A stretch of 64,000 nucleotides of DNA from a virus (taxonomy: Duplodnaviria > Caudoviricetes), in IMG/VR virus record IMGVR_UViG_3300028591_000003, positions 112,444 through 176,443 of that record. The stretch is one strand, 5' to 3'. The notes below the pieces were generated by a model that did no database searches, was not told where the DNA came from, and saw only the letters and a list, made by a program, of their open reading frames with translations. Both the position numbers and the translations under genes were made by a program. The first letter of the stretch is position 1; each line of letters starts with the position of its first letter. Positions 36,701-52,000 of the stretch are shown here, in pieces.

Positions 36701-39700
36701 AAGGAAAAGTTGATTAGAATACATCTTCCGACTTTGAAAATAAATTAAATTCTTTTAAAGAATCTTTTGAAGAACATTATGGATTTAAAGTACCCTAGAC
36801 TATAGAAGAATATTAGAATTTAACTTCAGAATAGAGGTAGAAGTTAAATGATGATTACAAAGAAACAGTATTACAATGGCAGCCCATTCCAACTAATACT
36901 GAAGAAAATTTTTAGAATATTATAAGAAAAATTTAGGAATAGTTTGTTTAGGAAAAAATTGAAAGTTATGAAGACTTTATATCATAGTTTATTCAAAATG
37001 TTGATGTATAGGATTAGTTAATTAATATATTTAAGTAGGCTAAATATATAACTCCAGCTACAAAATAGTATTTAAAAACATTTATTAACTCAGCAAATGT
37101 AACTAATTAGAAAATTAAAGATAGATTAAATCAAGCAATTAATTCTATTAAATCTTCTCCACTAGAAGAATTATTAAGTCAAATGGTTTATTCTCTAACA
37201 TAGTCTGGATTTGATACTACAGGAATGGTTACAGATTTAGCTTAGTTAATGAATGATTTAGCACAGGGAAGTAACTTAGGAGAATTTTCTTATTCAGAAG
37301 AAGTAGAAAGAAAAATAAATAATACTATTAAATTAATTGATATAGCTGCTGCACATATAAATGCTGCTAAAACTGAATATTATGGAACAATAGGTGATAC
37401 TTTTGGATATAATAGTACAGTAAATGAACTAGCAGAAAAATATCCTCCAGAAACTGAAGAGAAATCTAAAACTAAAAAAGTTGAAAAACTTCCAGAATTA
37501 CAAACTGGAACTGCTGATAGTATGCTTCATGAATTAGCTAAACTTAGAAATGATTTAACTTTTTATAAAAAATTATATGATGCTAATAGTTCGACAAAAC
37601 TTACAGAACATTTAAAACAAGAAGCTAAAATAAATCAAATTTATTATGCTAATATATAGAAACTATCTGTAGAAATTCCTGACGATTGGGGAGAAGAAAA
37701 ATCTGAATTAATTAAAGCTATAAATGATGCTACTACTTTAAAGAATACTAAGGATAAAGAAGAAAAACTTTCTTTAGAAGAGAGAAAAGCTATATTTAAA
37801 GAAAAACTTAGAATAGAAAAAGCAATATATAATCTCTTTTAGAAACATCAAATTAAAGATTTAAATCAATTTAAACAATTATTTAAAGAATTCTTAGATT
37901 TTGATGAGGAAAAAACATCTACTATAAATGTAGATATGAAAAGAGAAGACAATGCCGACTTTATCTGGTATATAGCATCTTTAATAGCAACTGATCCAGA
38001 AGCTGTCTATAAAGAATATATAGAAGCTACTGACGATCCAAGATATACTCCTGTTATAGGTCAAGAAGAAGCAATAAGAAGAGCTTATTCTTATTTGATA
38101 AATCCTAAAACTTTTGAAGAATTTCAAGGATATGTGAATCAAGTTGTCGAAGAATAGGTTACTGCCGAAGGAAAAATTAAAGGATTTGATGTTGCAAATT
38201 ATATATTATCATCAAGACATTTTTTAATTGAAGGTGATCCTGGAAGTGGTAAAACTTCCGCTACTTATAATACTATTGTAAGAATGTTAGCTAAAAATCA
38301 TCCAGAATTATTAGAAGATGTTTGGATAGTTAGTAATTCAAAAGAAAATGCGGCTAATACAGCTAAAGAATTAGGGTTAGAGCATGTTACAACATTATCT
38401 AAAAAACAGTATTTTGAAGAAATTAATGATGGATATTAGAATAGAATAGTAAATGATGAATTTATACTATTAGAAGATGATGTTACGAAAGATAATAAAG
38501 GAATTTTCCATTATAAAAACGAAACTTTAAAGGAAGTAAAAGTTCCAAAACTTATCCTTTTTGATGAGATTTCTTCTTTTTCACAACAAGATTTATTATT
38601 GTCTGATAAATTCTTAAGAAAAAATAATTTATATTCATTAGCTGCTGGAGATTTTAAATAGTTGGGAGTTTCTGGATATATATTAAAAAATGATGGACCA
38701 AAAGATAATAAAGGTAATATTATTAAATATGACAAATATTATGATCCAGAAGATAACAGACCAGTTTTTGTAGGTTTAGGAAATGCTAATTTTATAGGTT
38801 CTTGGAAATTAGGAACCTCTATAAGAAGTAATAATTCTTATAAATCTGGAAATATATCTAAAATAGGATTATAGTTTAATACTATATTTGATAATATGGC
38901 AAAGATAGAAAATGGAGTTTCTCCTATTGTTCTTTCATATTATGAAGATCCTAATAGAGGATTATTTGGAGATAAAATAGAAACAGATATAGATAAAGCT
39001 ATAGAAACTATAAAAATAATGTTAGATACTCTTGCTCCTGATACTGTAAAAATAAATAAAAATGGAGAAAAAGAAATTGTAAAAAATGTAATTAATTTTA
39101 TAACTGATAATCCAGGAAGTGAATTAGCTATTGCTATTAATAATTTATCTAAATCAGAAAAATATAAAGATAGAATAAAAACAGTAACAGCTGGAGCATC
39201 TTAGGGGCAAGAAGGACAATATTATATTATAGATTTACAAAAAACTTTTGGAAGTGCATTAATAGATGCTGCTAATAATCAAAATGAAGGGTTAAGTGAA
39301 GCTACTAAAGCACAAAACTTTATAAAAGGATTTTATACTGCAATATCTAGAGCTAAACAGGGTTCTTTAATATTTGGACATTATGGAAATCCTGGAATGG
39401 ATAATATAAAGATATTTACATCTATTCCACAAGCTAAATATCAAGAAAATAATTTATCTCAATCAGTTAAAGATGCTAATGCTAAAGAGAGAAGAGATAT
39501 AATTAATAGTGCTATAGAAAATAAAGATGCAGCTACTCCTTCTATAAACTGGTCTAATACTGAATAGAAATAGCAAGAAGAACCCGAACAAGAAGAAACG
39601 GTTCCAGATGAAGAAATAGTTTCTAAAGAGGAAGTTCAGAAAAGAAATATTGATCCTCCAGTAGTAATTAAAAATGAAGAAGAAGGAAAATTAAATATCC

Positions 39701-42700
39701 TTATTCATACATTTATGTGTAATGAAACTGGATGTAAAGTAATTGATAGTTCTGGAAATCTTAATGCAACTATGGATCCTATGGAGAATGAGGCTTAGTT
39801 GTAGTTAGGTGATTTTCATGAGGATAGAATTGATAATATTCATGGACTTGTTAAATTATTTGAAAACAGTGGAATTAGACTTCCTTTTGAAACATATGAT
39901 GATGAAGGAAAACTAGTAAGTGGAGTAAAAATTAACAATTAGGGAATTATTACTGAAGGTAAAGAACAGTTAATTACTTTACTAAATCAACTTAGAGAAG
40001 CTGGACGTAATTGTGATGATTATAATACTTTAGTGACTGTAGTACAAAATTTATTAGGAACTGATAAAGCTCTTGGAATAGATTTTATATATGACTAGTA
40101 TTATGAGGATTATAATGGAAATACTAAGGAAGCTTTCGAAAACGATGAAGAATTATCTAAATATAGAGAGCGTTATAAAGGACAAGATGAAAATCTTTCT
40201 GGAATAATTAACGATGATAATGAGGAACCTATAATACGTCAACCTAGAAATGCTGTTATTTCTATGGTAATTACTTTAGAAAATGGCAAAAAATTAGTAA
40301 GAATTCCATTAGCAAAACTAACTTCTCCTTTAACTCTTTTAGGTCAAGAAGAGTTTGAGGAAATAAAAGAAATTTATGATAATGTAGGAGGAAATTTAAC
40401 TAAGTTTAAAAAAGCTATAAAACAAGCTTTAATAAATAAAGAAAATATTCCTCATTTAAAAGAGTTTGCTATGTTACTAGATATTTATCAAGGTACAGCA
40501 TTTAATAATATTGCATATCTTAATAAATTATTTAATGGGACATTGGCGGGATTTGCTAAACCTACAGGAATTACTATTACTAATAAACCTAAAGGTGAAG
40601 AATATCTTCAGAATGAAAAATATTACTATAGAGGAAAATGGGTTAATCTTTCTAAATATAAGAAATTAATGCCTTGGAGAAATGTTAGTCAAATAATGGT
40701 TTGTGTTGATAAAGATCCTATAAAGAAGAATAATAAACAAATTACTCCAGGTAAACCTTTTGTATTAGTAACTGATGATCCCTTATTGCAGGGTGTTAGT
40801 TCTGAAGTATTATTAAAAGAATATGTTAAACAAATAAAAGATTCTACAGCTAAACCTAGAATTAAATTAGTTGAAGTAATTCCTCCTTCATTAGAGACTG
40901 AACGTTATTTATTTAATCTTTATACAGCTTTAAATACTCATAAGGATAAAAATAAAGAAGTTGATAAAGATTTAGGAACTAAAAATACTGCTTTTAGATT
41001 ATTATCTTAGGCTATATTAAAATAGGATAGTCCTTTCATAACTGAATATGAAAAATTTATTAAGGATAATATTAAGGATAAAGTAGTAAAAATAAACGGA
41101 TAGGATGTAAATTTATATAAGAAAACTGTAGCAGAATTCAAAGCATTACAAGAATTAGTAAAAGCTTTGTTAGATTATGAAAAGAAAAATAATACACATT
41201 CTTTATATAATTTATTAAATAGTCCTATCACTTCTTTAGATAAGAATAATTCAGAAATAAAGAGTATTTTAGATTTACTAAAATATAATGTTGAAGGAGA
41301 ATCTAAACCAAGATTTTTATAGCCTACTAATAATGATAAATTAACTCTTAGACATCTTTTTTAGAGAAAATTAAATGAAATGATATTTAATACTGCTCTA
41401 GGCAGTTCTGAAAAAGTTGTTAGAAAAAATGGAGATAATATAGAATATTTAAAACCAGAAATAGAATAGAGGGTTAAATCATTTATTGATACAATTGAAT
41501 GGAAAGAAGTTCAATTACATACTAGAGTAAAAAATGGAAGTAATTTTGATCCTATTGAAATTGACGATGAAACTAATTTAAATGTTGCTTTAGTTGAAAC
41601 TAATTATGGTAATGATTATGCTATAGGTAAAAACGGAGGAGAATATCAAATCAATGGAAAAATTGATTCTACACAATATTCATTAGATATTGTTCCAATG
41701 CTAAAATGGATTCTTACAGGAGCTTTAGGTAGAGATTCTGAAGTTATTGATACTAATATGGATAATGAAAATATATTTGCAGTTACTGACAAAGCGATGC
41801 AAATTAAGAAAGGTAATAATGTTCATTATTATGAAGAAACTCCATCTGAAAGAGAAACCGAAGAAGAAAAGTTAGCTAAAAAATAGTTAGAATAGGATAC
41901 TAAAAAATTGAGGGAAATTACTCCACGAGATTTTTCTAAAAAAGGTTTAGGAAAGAAAAATGATTTTATTGATAAATTTGCTGAACTTGATGAAGAGTCT
42001 CGTAAAAAAGTTTTGGAAGATCCGAGAGAATTTATATATTAGACTTTAGGTATTTTATGTTCAAAATAGGATGATGGAAAATATAAATTTTTTACAAGTG
42101 AAGAAATTAGAAAAGCTCAAAATGTTAAATTTAATTCTGATGGTACTACTTCATTTACTTTAAATGGAGACCCTTGGATTTTAGATAGTAATGAGGCTAA
42201 ATTAGATGATAGTAAGTTTATTATACCTGAAGGAGCAGTAAAAATTATAAATAACTCCATCTATAGTTCAAATGCATATTCTGCTAAATTGATAGACCAT
42301 GGAAACAATAATTTTGCTATTGAAATATATGATAGAAATGGCAATAGAATAGCTGTAGGAGATAGTAGTATATCTGAATATAATACTCTAACTGGAAGTA
42401 ATTTACCTGAACCTCAATAGAATATAATAAAATCTAAATATAAAGTAGGAGATATTATTGATATATATACATCAGAAGGAGAATCTCAAGGAGAAGATGG
42501 ACAATGGACTATATTTGAAATAATAGATCGTCCTAAATATGGACCTGTTTATAGACTTAGAGGAAACAAAGGTCAAACATTAAATCTTGCTATAGAATAG
42601 GTAGATAGTAATTCTAATAAATATAGATTATATAATCCTTTTACAGGTTTTGAAGAAAGAAATCCTGATGTAATACAATCTTTAATTAATGTTGATAAAC

Positions 42701-43038
42701 AAGGAGATAAAAGTATGTTGTATGGATTTATATTCCCTATGAATGATACTAGTAATGCTGACGTTCTAGCTCTTAATTTAATGTTTAAACTTAAATTACC
42801 ATTCTGTTATCAGGCGAAGTTAAATCCAAATATTCCTATTAAAGGTACTGATAAAACTTTTGCTTAGTGGAAATAGGAATTATTAAGTACTTCAGAAGGA
42901 GTTAAATTATTAGAATCTGTTTAGACAGAAATGCAAAAATACTTATCAGAGAAAGATATTATCGAAAAAGATAATACAGATAATAAATATGTAGAAGATG
43001 GAAAAAAATACATATCTTGTAGTAATGCAAAATTTTAA
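33718..43038 (+). CDS. Giant virion protein with SF1 helicase domain (about 3106 aa, TAG=Gln)
   Basis: Nine + strand ORF fragments in one frame. GDPGSGKT, LILFDE, GDFK(Q)L, S(Q)GQE and YTAISRAK motifs. Confidence 0.85.
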
Positions 43039-43049
43039 TTGAAAATTTT

Positions 43050-46000
43050 ATGGGAAAAAATTGTAGATTAGGAGACGAATTAAATGAATTCATATCCGAT
43101 ATGAATAAAATTATAATAAATTCTTTTAATTCATTGGATCCTGTTAATTATTTTAAATCAGAGTTATCTAAATTAATTCCTAAATATGAAAATAGTTTAG
43201 ATGATTTCAAAGAGTCTGTACAAGAATATTTAGATGATGAATATGGACAATATGCAATTACATTATTAACATTTGATAATTAGGAATTAAATAGTATTGC
43301 ACAAGATATTATTAATTCTGTCGATCACGTGTTTGATGATATAAAGCAAGAATCAGAACAAAATCAAAGTTCTCCCAAAGATAAAATCGGGAGAACTTTA
43401 AATACTGATTTTAAAGAAAAAACACAAATTAGATAGTAGTTTTTAGATAAATATTTTAAATATAATTCTTCAAGTAAATTACTTTTTCAAAAGTGGTTTA
43501 GAAATTCTGCGATTCGTTCTTTATTTATTGTAGAGGATAAAAATAATAAATATTTAGCGGATTCTGGTGAAGAAATAAATGAATCTATTTAGAATTTTAG
43601 ATAGAGATTATTGAATGATATTATAGAAGTACTTAAAATACGTACTAATTCTTAGACTATAGAACAATTTGAATTTGCTTATAAAATTAATTCTAATGAA
43701 GCAATAAAAAATTTTCTTGATGAAATATTTAATGATGAAAATGTTTTTCCTAAAATATTAATTGCAAGATTACCAGAAATTAATTCTGATAGTTTAACAC
43801 AAAGTGGAAAGATATTATTAAAGGGATTTTAGGCTTACGTTGCTTTAAAACATTTTGATGAATTAATGTCATAGACTTTTTAGAAGGCTATTTCAATTAA
43901 AAATTTTGGAGAATATAATTTAAATAATTCTGATAAATATTCAATAAAAACTGCTGATAGGGTTATTCACCAATGGCGTGATGATGATGTTGATGCAGAT
44001 GAAACTGAAGAATTAGGTAGTTTACCAATGCTTTTTGTTTCATCTCTATAGGTACATGATAAATCAGGAAGGGCTACAGATGAAACACTAGAATTTTCTA
44101 ATGTAAAAGTAGCTATTGGACATTTAATGAAAATATTAGATGTTCAATCTGGATCTGATTTTTTAGGAAATCCTTTTCCGAAAGATATAATTGATGATAA
44201 GATAACTAGTATTATAGAAAATGAATTTGCTTCTTTATACAACGGAAAAGTTGAAAGTGGTTAGGCTGTAAATTCTTTTAGTAAAAGATATGGAAGATTA
44301 AACTAGAAAGAAAATGAACAAAAAACAGTAAACTATTTAAGATGGATTCTTGATACTTATGTAAAAGGAAAAACATTTAAATAGGTTCTTGCAGCTGCTA
44401 AACGCTATCCTGAAATATTAATGCCTATAATATTTAGACTTACTCAACCAGTATATTAGATAGGACTTGATGGAAAGAAAAGTGATATTGATATAAATAA
44501 ATATTCTAGTATATTTAGTAAATAGAGTAAAACAGAAGAAACTATAAGGTCATTATATTATGAAATGTATTCTCCAGAAAGTTATTCAGTTTTTTCTATG
44601 AATACTGGAGAAAAAGGTTTTGATCCAAATAATAATTCTATATTTCAACATGTTAATACAATGTTTTTAAATATAGAAAATAAACAACAATTAGAGTATC
44701 TTAAAGATGAAGAAAAAGGTATAATTACTGTAAATCTCGGAGATAAAGTTGGAAATACTAGATTAAAACTATTTCAGAGAGCATTAGAAACTAAATATGA
44801 TAAACTAAATCCACTTAGTTAGACTAATAGTAGTGGTGAAGAACAATTTTAGGAGTTTTCTATAATTGATAATCTTGAAAAAGAAGAAAATAACGAATCT
44901 CCTTCTGGAAAGTCTATTACTATAAAAACTAAAGATGGAAAACAAATTGTAGTAGATTCTGATTTAACTTATAAAGTTTTAGATGAAAATGGAAAATCTT
45001 TTCCTATAACTGAATAGAATTTAAGACATTTTATTCCAATATTTAATGAAGTATTAGATTTAGATTTTAACGAAGCTTTTATTAATATATTAAGAACCTA
45101 GAAAGGATAGTTAAAAGAAGTATTAGGATTAGTATCTAGAATGTTATACAATTTCTAGGTTAGTAAACATATGATTAATACTAGTAGTAGTAAATATGAT
45201 AATGTTATTAAGAGTTATTATACATTAAAAAATGCTAATGATAAATATCCTACTGTCGCTTATTCTTCAGTTCAACCTAGAATTATTTCTAATTTTGATT
45301 ATAAAGGTATATTATCAAAAATATCTAAAGTTAAAGATATTTTAGAAGGGTATTCAGAAATAAATACTGTATAGGATGGAGAAAGAAAACAAGTTTCTAC
45401 TTTAGGATTGTCTTCATTATTATCTAAATATAATGAAATTATAGAAAATTATGGAAAAAATCCAGATTCTCCTATAAAACATTTCTCTATATACGGAATG
45501 TATGAAGGTGCTGAATTAATGCGTGATTATGCAGAGCCTGGAAATAATAAACAAGCTAAAAAATTTACAGAAGAAGAATTAGTGACTGCATCCTTCTTAT
45601 ATGATATGTATGGAGATTTAATGGAACTCAACGAAGAGGATGGAACACTTGTTGAAAAAGGTGGAGGTATCTTAAGAGTAATGGGTCCTGTTGTATCTGA
45701 TAAAGGTAATCTTATTAAATTAAAATATAATTGGGATTCTCCTATAAAAGAAAAATACAATGCTTTATTAAGACCTGAAGATCCAAATATTAAACTTCGA
45801 TTAAGAGATTTAACTGTAAATGATTTAAAAACTATTATTAAAGAAGAATTTGGAGAATATTATCAAAATGTTCTTAATTATGTACAATCTCAATATGGGG
45901 TTTTAAATAAATCAGCAATAATTTGGGCACATCCCGCAATGGGAAAATCTTGGTCAGTAGAAAATGGTAAATACAAAGACCAATTAATTGATTGGGATGT

Positions 46001-49000
46001 AGAATTTAATAAAAAAAGAGATGCTTGGATAGCAGAAAAATCTAATACTGAAATAGGAAGTAAAGAATTTAACAAAGTTAAAAAACAATATTTAACTGAT
46101 TCTGTAAAACATCCAGAAAAATACTAGGATTTTATAGAATTTTATACACAAGAATGGAATAGAGTTAAAAATAAAGCACGTTTAGAAGGAAAAATATTAG
46201 TTGCTTCTCCACATATATTATTAAAATTGTTTCCACAAGATTTTGATAAAATTATTACAATGGATGATGAAACATTTATCCAAAGAAATATGGAAAGAGG
46301 AGGCACTGAAAAAGACTCTATATCTTTAAAACAAGATTTAAATGCAACATTATCTCAATTACAAGAATAGAATAAAATAATTACTGATAATAGATATTTA
46401 GAGGAAATATTAGAAGAAGGTTCATTAAGAACTAGTTATGTTGATATGGCTATAGATTCTTTAGGATTAAATTATCCTAAAGGATATGGTTTTGATTATC
46501 TTTCATCATTTGCTAGATTTAACGAAGTATTTGGAAAAGATGCTCAAAAAGTTCTAAGAGAAGCTATTTATTTAGCACAACGAGCCGGAGAAGAAATCGA
46601 AATAATAGATTAGGTTCATTATATTGTCAAAGATGGGCAATTACAAAATAATCCTTCTTTAATACATCAACTTCAAGTATTTGGAAAACTTGACGGAGGA
46701 GAATAGTATGAAGATTTCTGGAAAAGAAAAGAGGATTAGTTATTTGTAGATTTCTTACAAACAGAAACTGAACTTCAAGTTAAAGAAGGAGTAAATGATA
46801 AAAAGGGAATTGCTATTCAGACAGCTCTACAAAAGAATCAAGGATGGATTAAGGGAGAAAATATAGCAGTTGCTAAAGTTTCAGAAGATGATAGAAGTTT
46901 ATTAATTGCTACTAAGGATGATTTTAAGAATTGGTATCCTTATAAATCTTTATTAAATTGGTATGGTAAAGAAATTCCATCTGAATTAAATATTGATAGC
47001 CCTGATGCTAATTTATAGGCTATAATGGAAGCTATAGATTAGTATAGTATTGTTAGAAAATTATCTGAAGAAGAAACTCTTGATAAAATTATAGAGTCTA
47101 AACCAGATAAATGGAAATCTAATACAAAAGGAGAATATCTTTTATAGTAGGCTTTTATATTATATTCTATAACAAGACGGAAATATAATAGAGATATTCC
47201 TGCCGAAAAATTACAGGAGGATTTTAATAAAAAGATTGAAAAAGAGTTTACTAAAGATGGAAAACTTGATAAAAAGACTCTTGTTGATTATATAAATAAA
47301 AAGGAAACTATTAATGATATTGAAGCTTTGATGGATCCAATGTTATTAGGTCCAGATGGTGATAATTCTTATTTAAATCCTTTTATAGAATCTATTGAAA
47401 AACCAGTACATAATATAGAATTAAATCCAGAATTTGTAAAACATAATCTATATGATTTCTTATTAAGTGAAGAATTTGTTCTCTCAACTACAGGAACTCA
47501 TGTTTCTTAGCCTGGAAAATCTTCTAATATTACTGAAAGAGAAGCTGAACAATTTGGTAATGCTGTAAAGAGATATGTTGCTTATACTGCTTCTAAACAT
47601 AGAGAAGAAGCAAATGCTTTAAATGGAATTACTGAAGATATAAATCTTGCTATTATAGAAGATGATAAGGATTTTTCATTTAACTTTGTAGGAGAATCGG
47701 GAACTGATAAACCATTTGATGGTGCTAGTTTCTATAATATTTTAATGAATTATCTTGATAATAATTCTCTTGGTGGAGATGCAATGGGTGTTGATAAAAA
47801 ACCTTTTGCACATTATCAAGGAACAAAATCTGGAATTGGATTTATTCTTAAAACTGCTGGATTTGCTCATACTAATGATAGAATTAGAAATAGTAAATTT
47901 GATGCTCGCTTAAATAAACAAATGAATGATATTAAATGGGATTCTCCGAAGGTCCAAAAATTAATAAATCCTAATTGGAAACCTGGAGATCCAGTAGTTA
48001 CTCCTAATTGGACTGTTGATTATTTTGGAAATAGAATTAATTATGGAGAATGGTTTGCTTATAGACAAAATCAAGATGGAACTTGGTCTTGGTATAAACA
48101 TAGAGTAAATGGAAATAATATTGAAATGATTAAAGTGCTTTCCAATGGAGAAATTCAAAATAATCAAGAATGGGTTAAATATCCTAAATCCATAAATTCA
48201 AATTATGATTTATGGGAAGCCTTCGGAGGAGCTTATTCTGGACATTTATAGAAAAATTCTGATGGAACAGAAACTCTTGTTTATGAAAATGATGAAAGTT
48301 CTATTTTAAGACTTCTAAAAGCAGTAAATAATGTAGGAATTAGAAAAACTATAAATGGAAAACCTATTAAGAAAGTATTTGATTAGAATGGAGTAAATTA
48401 GTATCTTAAAAAAGCTTGCATTCACATAGTTGCTACCGGTGGTGCTGTTAAATATGGTGGAGCTAATATTAATCCTAAAGAGGCTTATTATAATGATGAT
48501 TATCATCTTACACATATGGTAATAAAAAGCTATGATTTAGGAGAACAACTTGATGCTGAACATTCTGCAGAAGATGGTCATGTATCACTAATGACTTAGG
48601 TTATTAATGCTTTAGGAGCAAGAGGATATACTTCTCAAGAAGCTATGTAGTGTTATGTTGCCTTATCTAATATGGCTGAATATATTACTGGAGATATTTT
48701 AAAATCTATGGAAACAGACGATCCAGAACTTATTGATAAAGTAATGGAAAAGAGTATATATAAAACTCTTTTACAAGCTTCTGATAATGACGGAGATATG
48801 TTAAATGCTTTAGCAGCTTCTTTATTAGACAGAAAAAATCCTTCTTCTAAAAATATATCGGAAATAGCAAAAAATTTTCCAATAAGTCATCCTGCTGTAT
48901 TTAATAAAATATTATCTAGTTTAGCATCTTAGTTAGAAAAAGGTATTAAACTTAAATTCGAAGGAGGAATGTTTGTATTAAATCCCTCAAATAGAAGAAT

Positions 49001-52000
49001 GACTGTTATTAATGGACATTTATCTGGATATTATGATACACACAATAATGAATGGTTACAGTTAGAAGAAGAAAGTAAAAATAATCCTATAACTTCTATA
49101 GCTGATATTAAATTAGGATATAATTATAGAGATTCTGAAACATACGAATTACACATAATAAATAAACCTACTGATATATATGCTATCGGAGAACTTATAA
49201 ATCAAGGACACACTTTTTATGAAACTTTTATTGATAAGGATAATCAACCATTGGGAAGAGATTTAACAACTTATCAATTAGTTTTTTCAGATATTAGTGG
49301 TAATAGATATAGTTCTTGGGAATTAGATTCTGTTAAAATGCTACAATATCTTCAAATTGATAAAAAAGGTAATGAAATCGGATTTAAAATTCCATCTAGA
49401 GAAACCGAAGAAGATAGAATAGCATTTATGGTTAGACTACAAGCTAATTGGGATACTCTAACTGATTTATAGAAAGCTTTTAATATATTTAAAAATAAAT
49501 AGTTATAGTAGATTGATCCTAAAAAAGGAGGAGTTGATTATGATTTATTATCTTTATTAAGAACTGATTAGTAGGAAGAAATAGAATAGTTACTATTACC
49601 AGAAGAAGTTCGATAGTTTGGAGTTAAAAATTATTTGACTAGACAATTTCAAAGAGAATTAAATGCTATTAGTTCTGGAATTGAAACAGAAGTACAAATA
49701 AACGGTAGAAAGATAAAAGTTGATAAGACTAAAATAGAAGTTACTCCGTTTGGTATAATTCTCCCTCCTATATATAAAACTCAATTTGGATTAAGAGAAT
49801 AGGATAATTTATCCGATATAGAAAAAGATAAAATGTTCTTTGTTAGAAGATAGTTATAGAATTGGAAAACTAAAATAGCTAACTAGAATACATATGATTT
49901 AGAATTAAAAACATTAAATGGAGAACATATTTATTTAGCTCGATTAACTAACGATTTTATTCCTAATAATTAGATATAGTAGGAAGTTTAGTTAGAATTT
50001 CCAACTAACTTTGAATTGGATGGAGAAGTATTATATAGAATAACTCCTTTAGGAAAACGTTTATATTCTGTTCCCTATACTACTGATGAAACAGGAAATA
50101 TAATTCCTGACATAAGAGTATTTAAAGATAAAGCTACAGGAACTGAAGTAATTTATTCCAGAAATTTAACACATTTCTTAGATGAATTTAATTATACTGG
50201 AATAGTTTTTTCACAGAGAGTTCCATTTACAAAAGAGGATTATGAAGAAGAATATGAACAAGCTCTTTTAACTTATAAATTGGATTTATTAAAATAGATT
50301 AATTCTAGTAATAATAAATCTGCTGTGAGAAAAATAAATAGTCTTGCAAAATTATTTTCTGATATAATTAATAATAATGTATCTGAAGATTTAAGAAGTG
50401 ATTCCTATGATATTGATTATTTAGCTAGAATAGCTCCAAAGACATTGATAAATTTAATGGACGGAGATTATGATTTTACAAATAAAAAGATTCAATAGTT
50501 GGAAGATGATTTATCTCATTCAGAATTAACCATAGAAAATTTATTATCTAGAAATAAATTCTTTACAGGATTAATAAATTCTGGAATAGAAGTACATACG
50601 TCTTTCTTAGAATCATTAGAATCTGTTGTATCAAGAACTCCTGCTCAATCTCAACAATCTTTTATGGCAATGAGAATAGAAGCTTTCGGATTAGAAAATA
50701 CTAATTCAGCTTATGTATCTAGAGATCAGTTATGGTTACAAGGTTCTGACTATGACATTGATAAAATCTCTTTATTAGGTCTTAAATTTAATCATGGTAA
50801 ATTAGTGGTTTGGAGTCCTTTCTTTAGTTTAAAAACTAGAGAAGCATTTTTAGCATCTAAAAAATTACCATTCCCTACTAATAAAGAATTACCAATGTTA
50901 CCTATTGATAAATAGAGTAAAATTCCTTATAATGTATTAAGAAATAACTTAATTGTTACTAATCCTGAAGATTCAGAAACTGGAGAAATGACTATCGAAA
51001 CAGCTTCTGGAAGTGGTTTAATTATTAGACAAATTCCTGGAATATTAGGAAATAAAGATAGTATAGAAATTACTGCAAAAAATTGGGATAATGCTTCAAA
51101 ATTAGATTAGTATATATTAATCCATAGAGCAATGGAAGCTCTAGAAAAATTTGATGGACAAATATTCTTTACTAATTTTAATATTTTCTTTACTACAAGA
51201 CTTGCATTAGGTTTATCTGAAGATGGATTTTTAACTGAAGATAAAGATATTGAATAGGACTTTAAGGATTTTAATGAAGCTATTCTCGGAGATTATATCA
51301 ATTATAATGGAATAAAACAAATTCAAGATAATATATTAGAATTTGCTCCTAACCTTGGATTATTAATACAAGCATATAATGATTTAGGATATATCCCAGA
51401 AAATTAGAATAATATATTTATTAAAACCTTAATTGATATACACAATACTTCCATTTAGAATAAATCATTAATAGATGCTCTTTATAACTTTATTTCTATA
51501 AAAGTAAAAGATATATCAGCTGATCCTGCTAATAGAATACAAGGACAATCCCCAATTGATCCAGAAATGGATAAAGTAAAAGATTTAGTTAATGATTCTG
51601 AAACTTACCCAGAAAATTAGAAATTAGCTGGATTTATAAAGAAATTTGATAGAGGTTCTATGTATTCTAAAATTAAAATGCTTACGCTAACTCTTGGAGG
51701 TAAAGAAGGAGTAGGTATTGAAGCTTCTTCATTGAAGAATTTCGAACTATCTAGTTAGTATAATTATGAAACTCTAGATAAAGGAACAGAGGAGGATTAG
51801 GAAGATTTATTATTTAACGTTAAAATTAACGGAAAAACTTATGAAATCTTAGCTAATTCGAGAGCTAGAAACATGGATACTGTGAAAAGTAGAAGAGTTA
51901 GAGAAGTTCTTAAAAGAGTAAATCAATATCAAGATACATACTTAACTAAATCTGGATTACTTTCATTAAGTACTGATAACGCTAAAGATCCTAAGTTACC

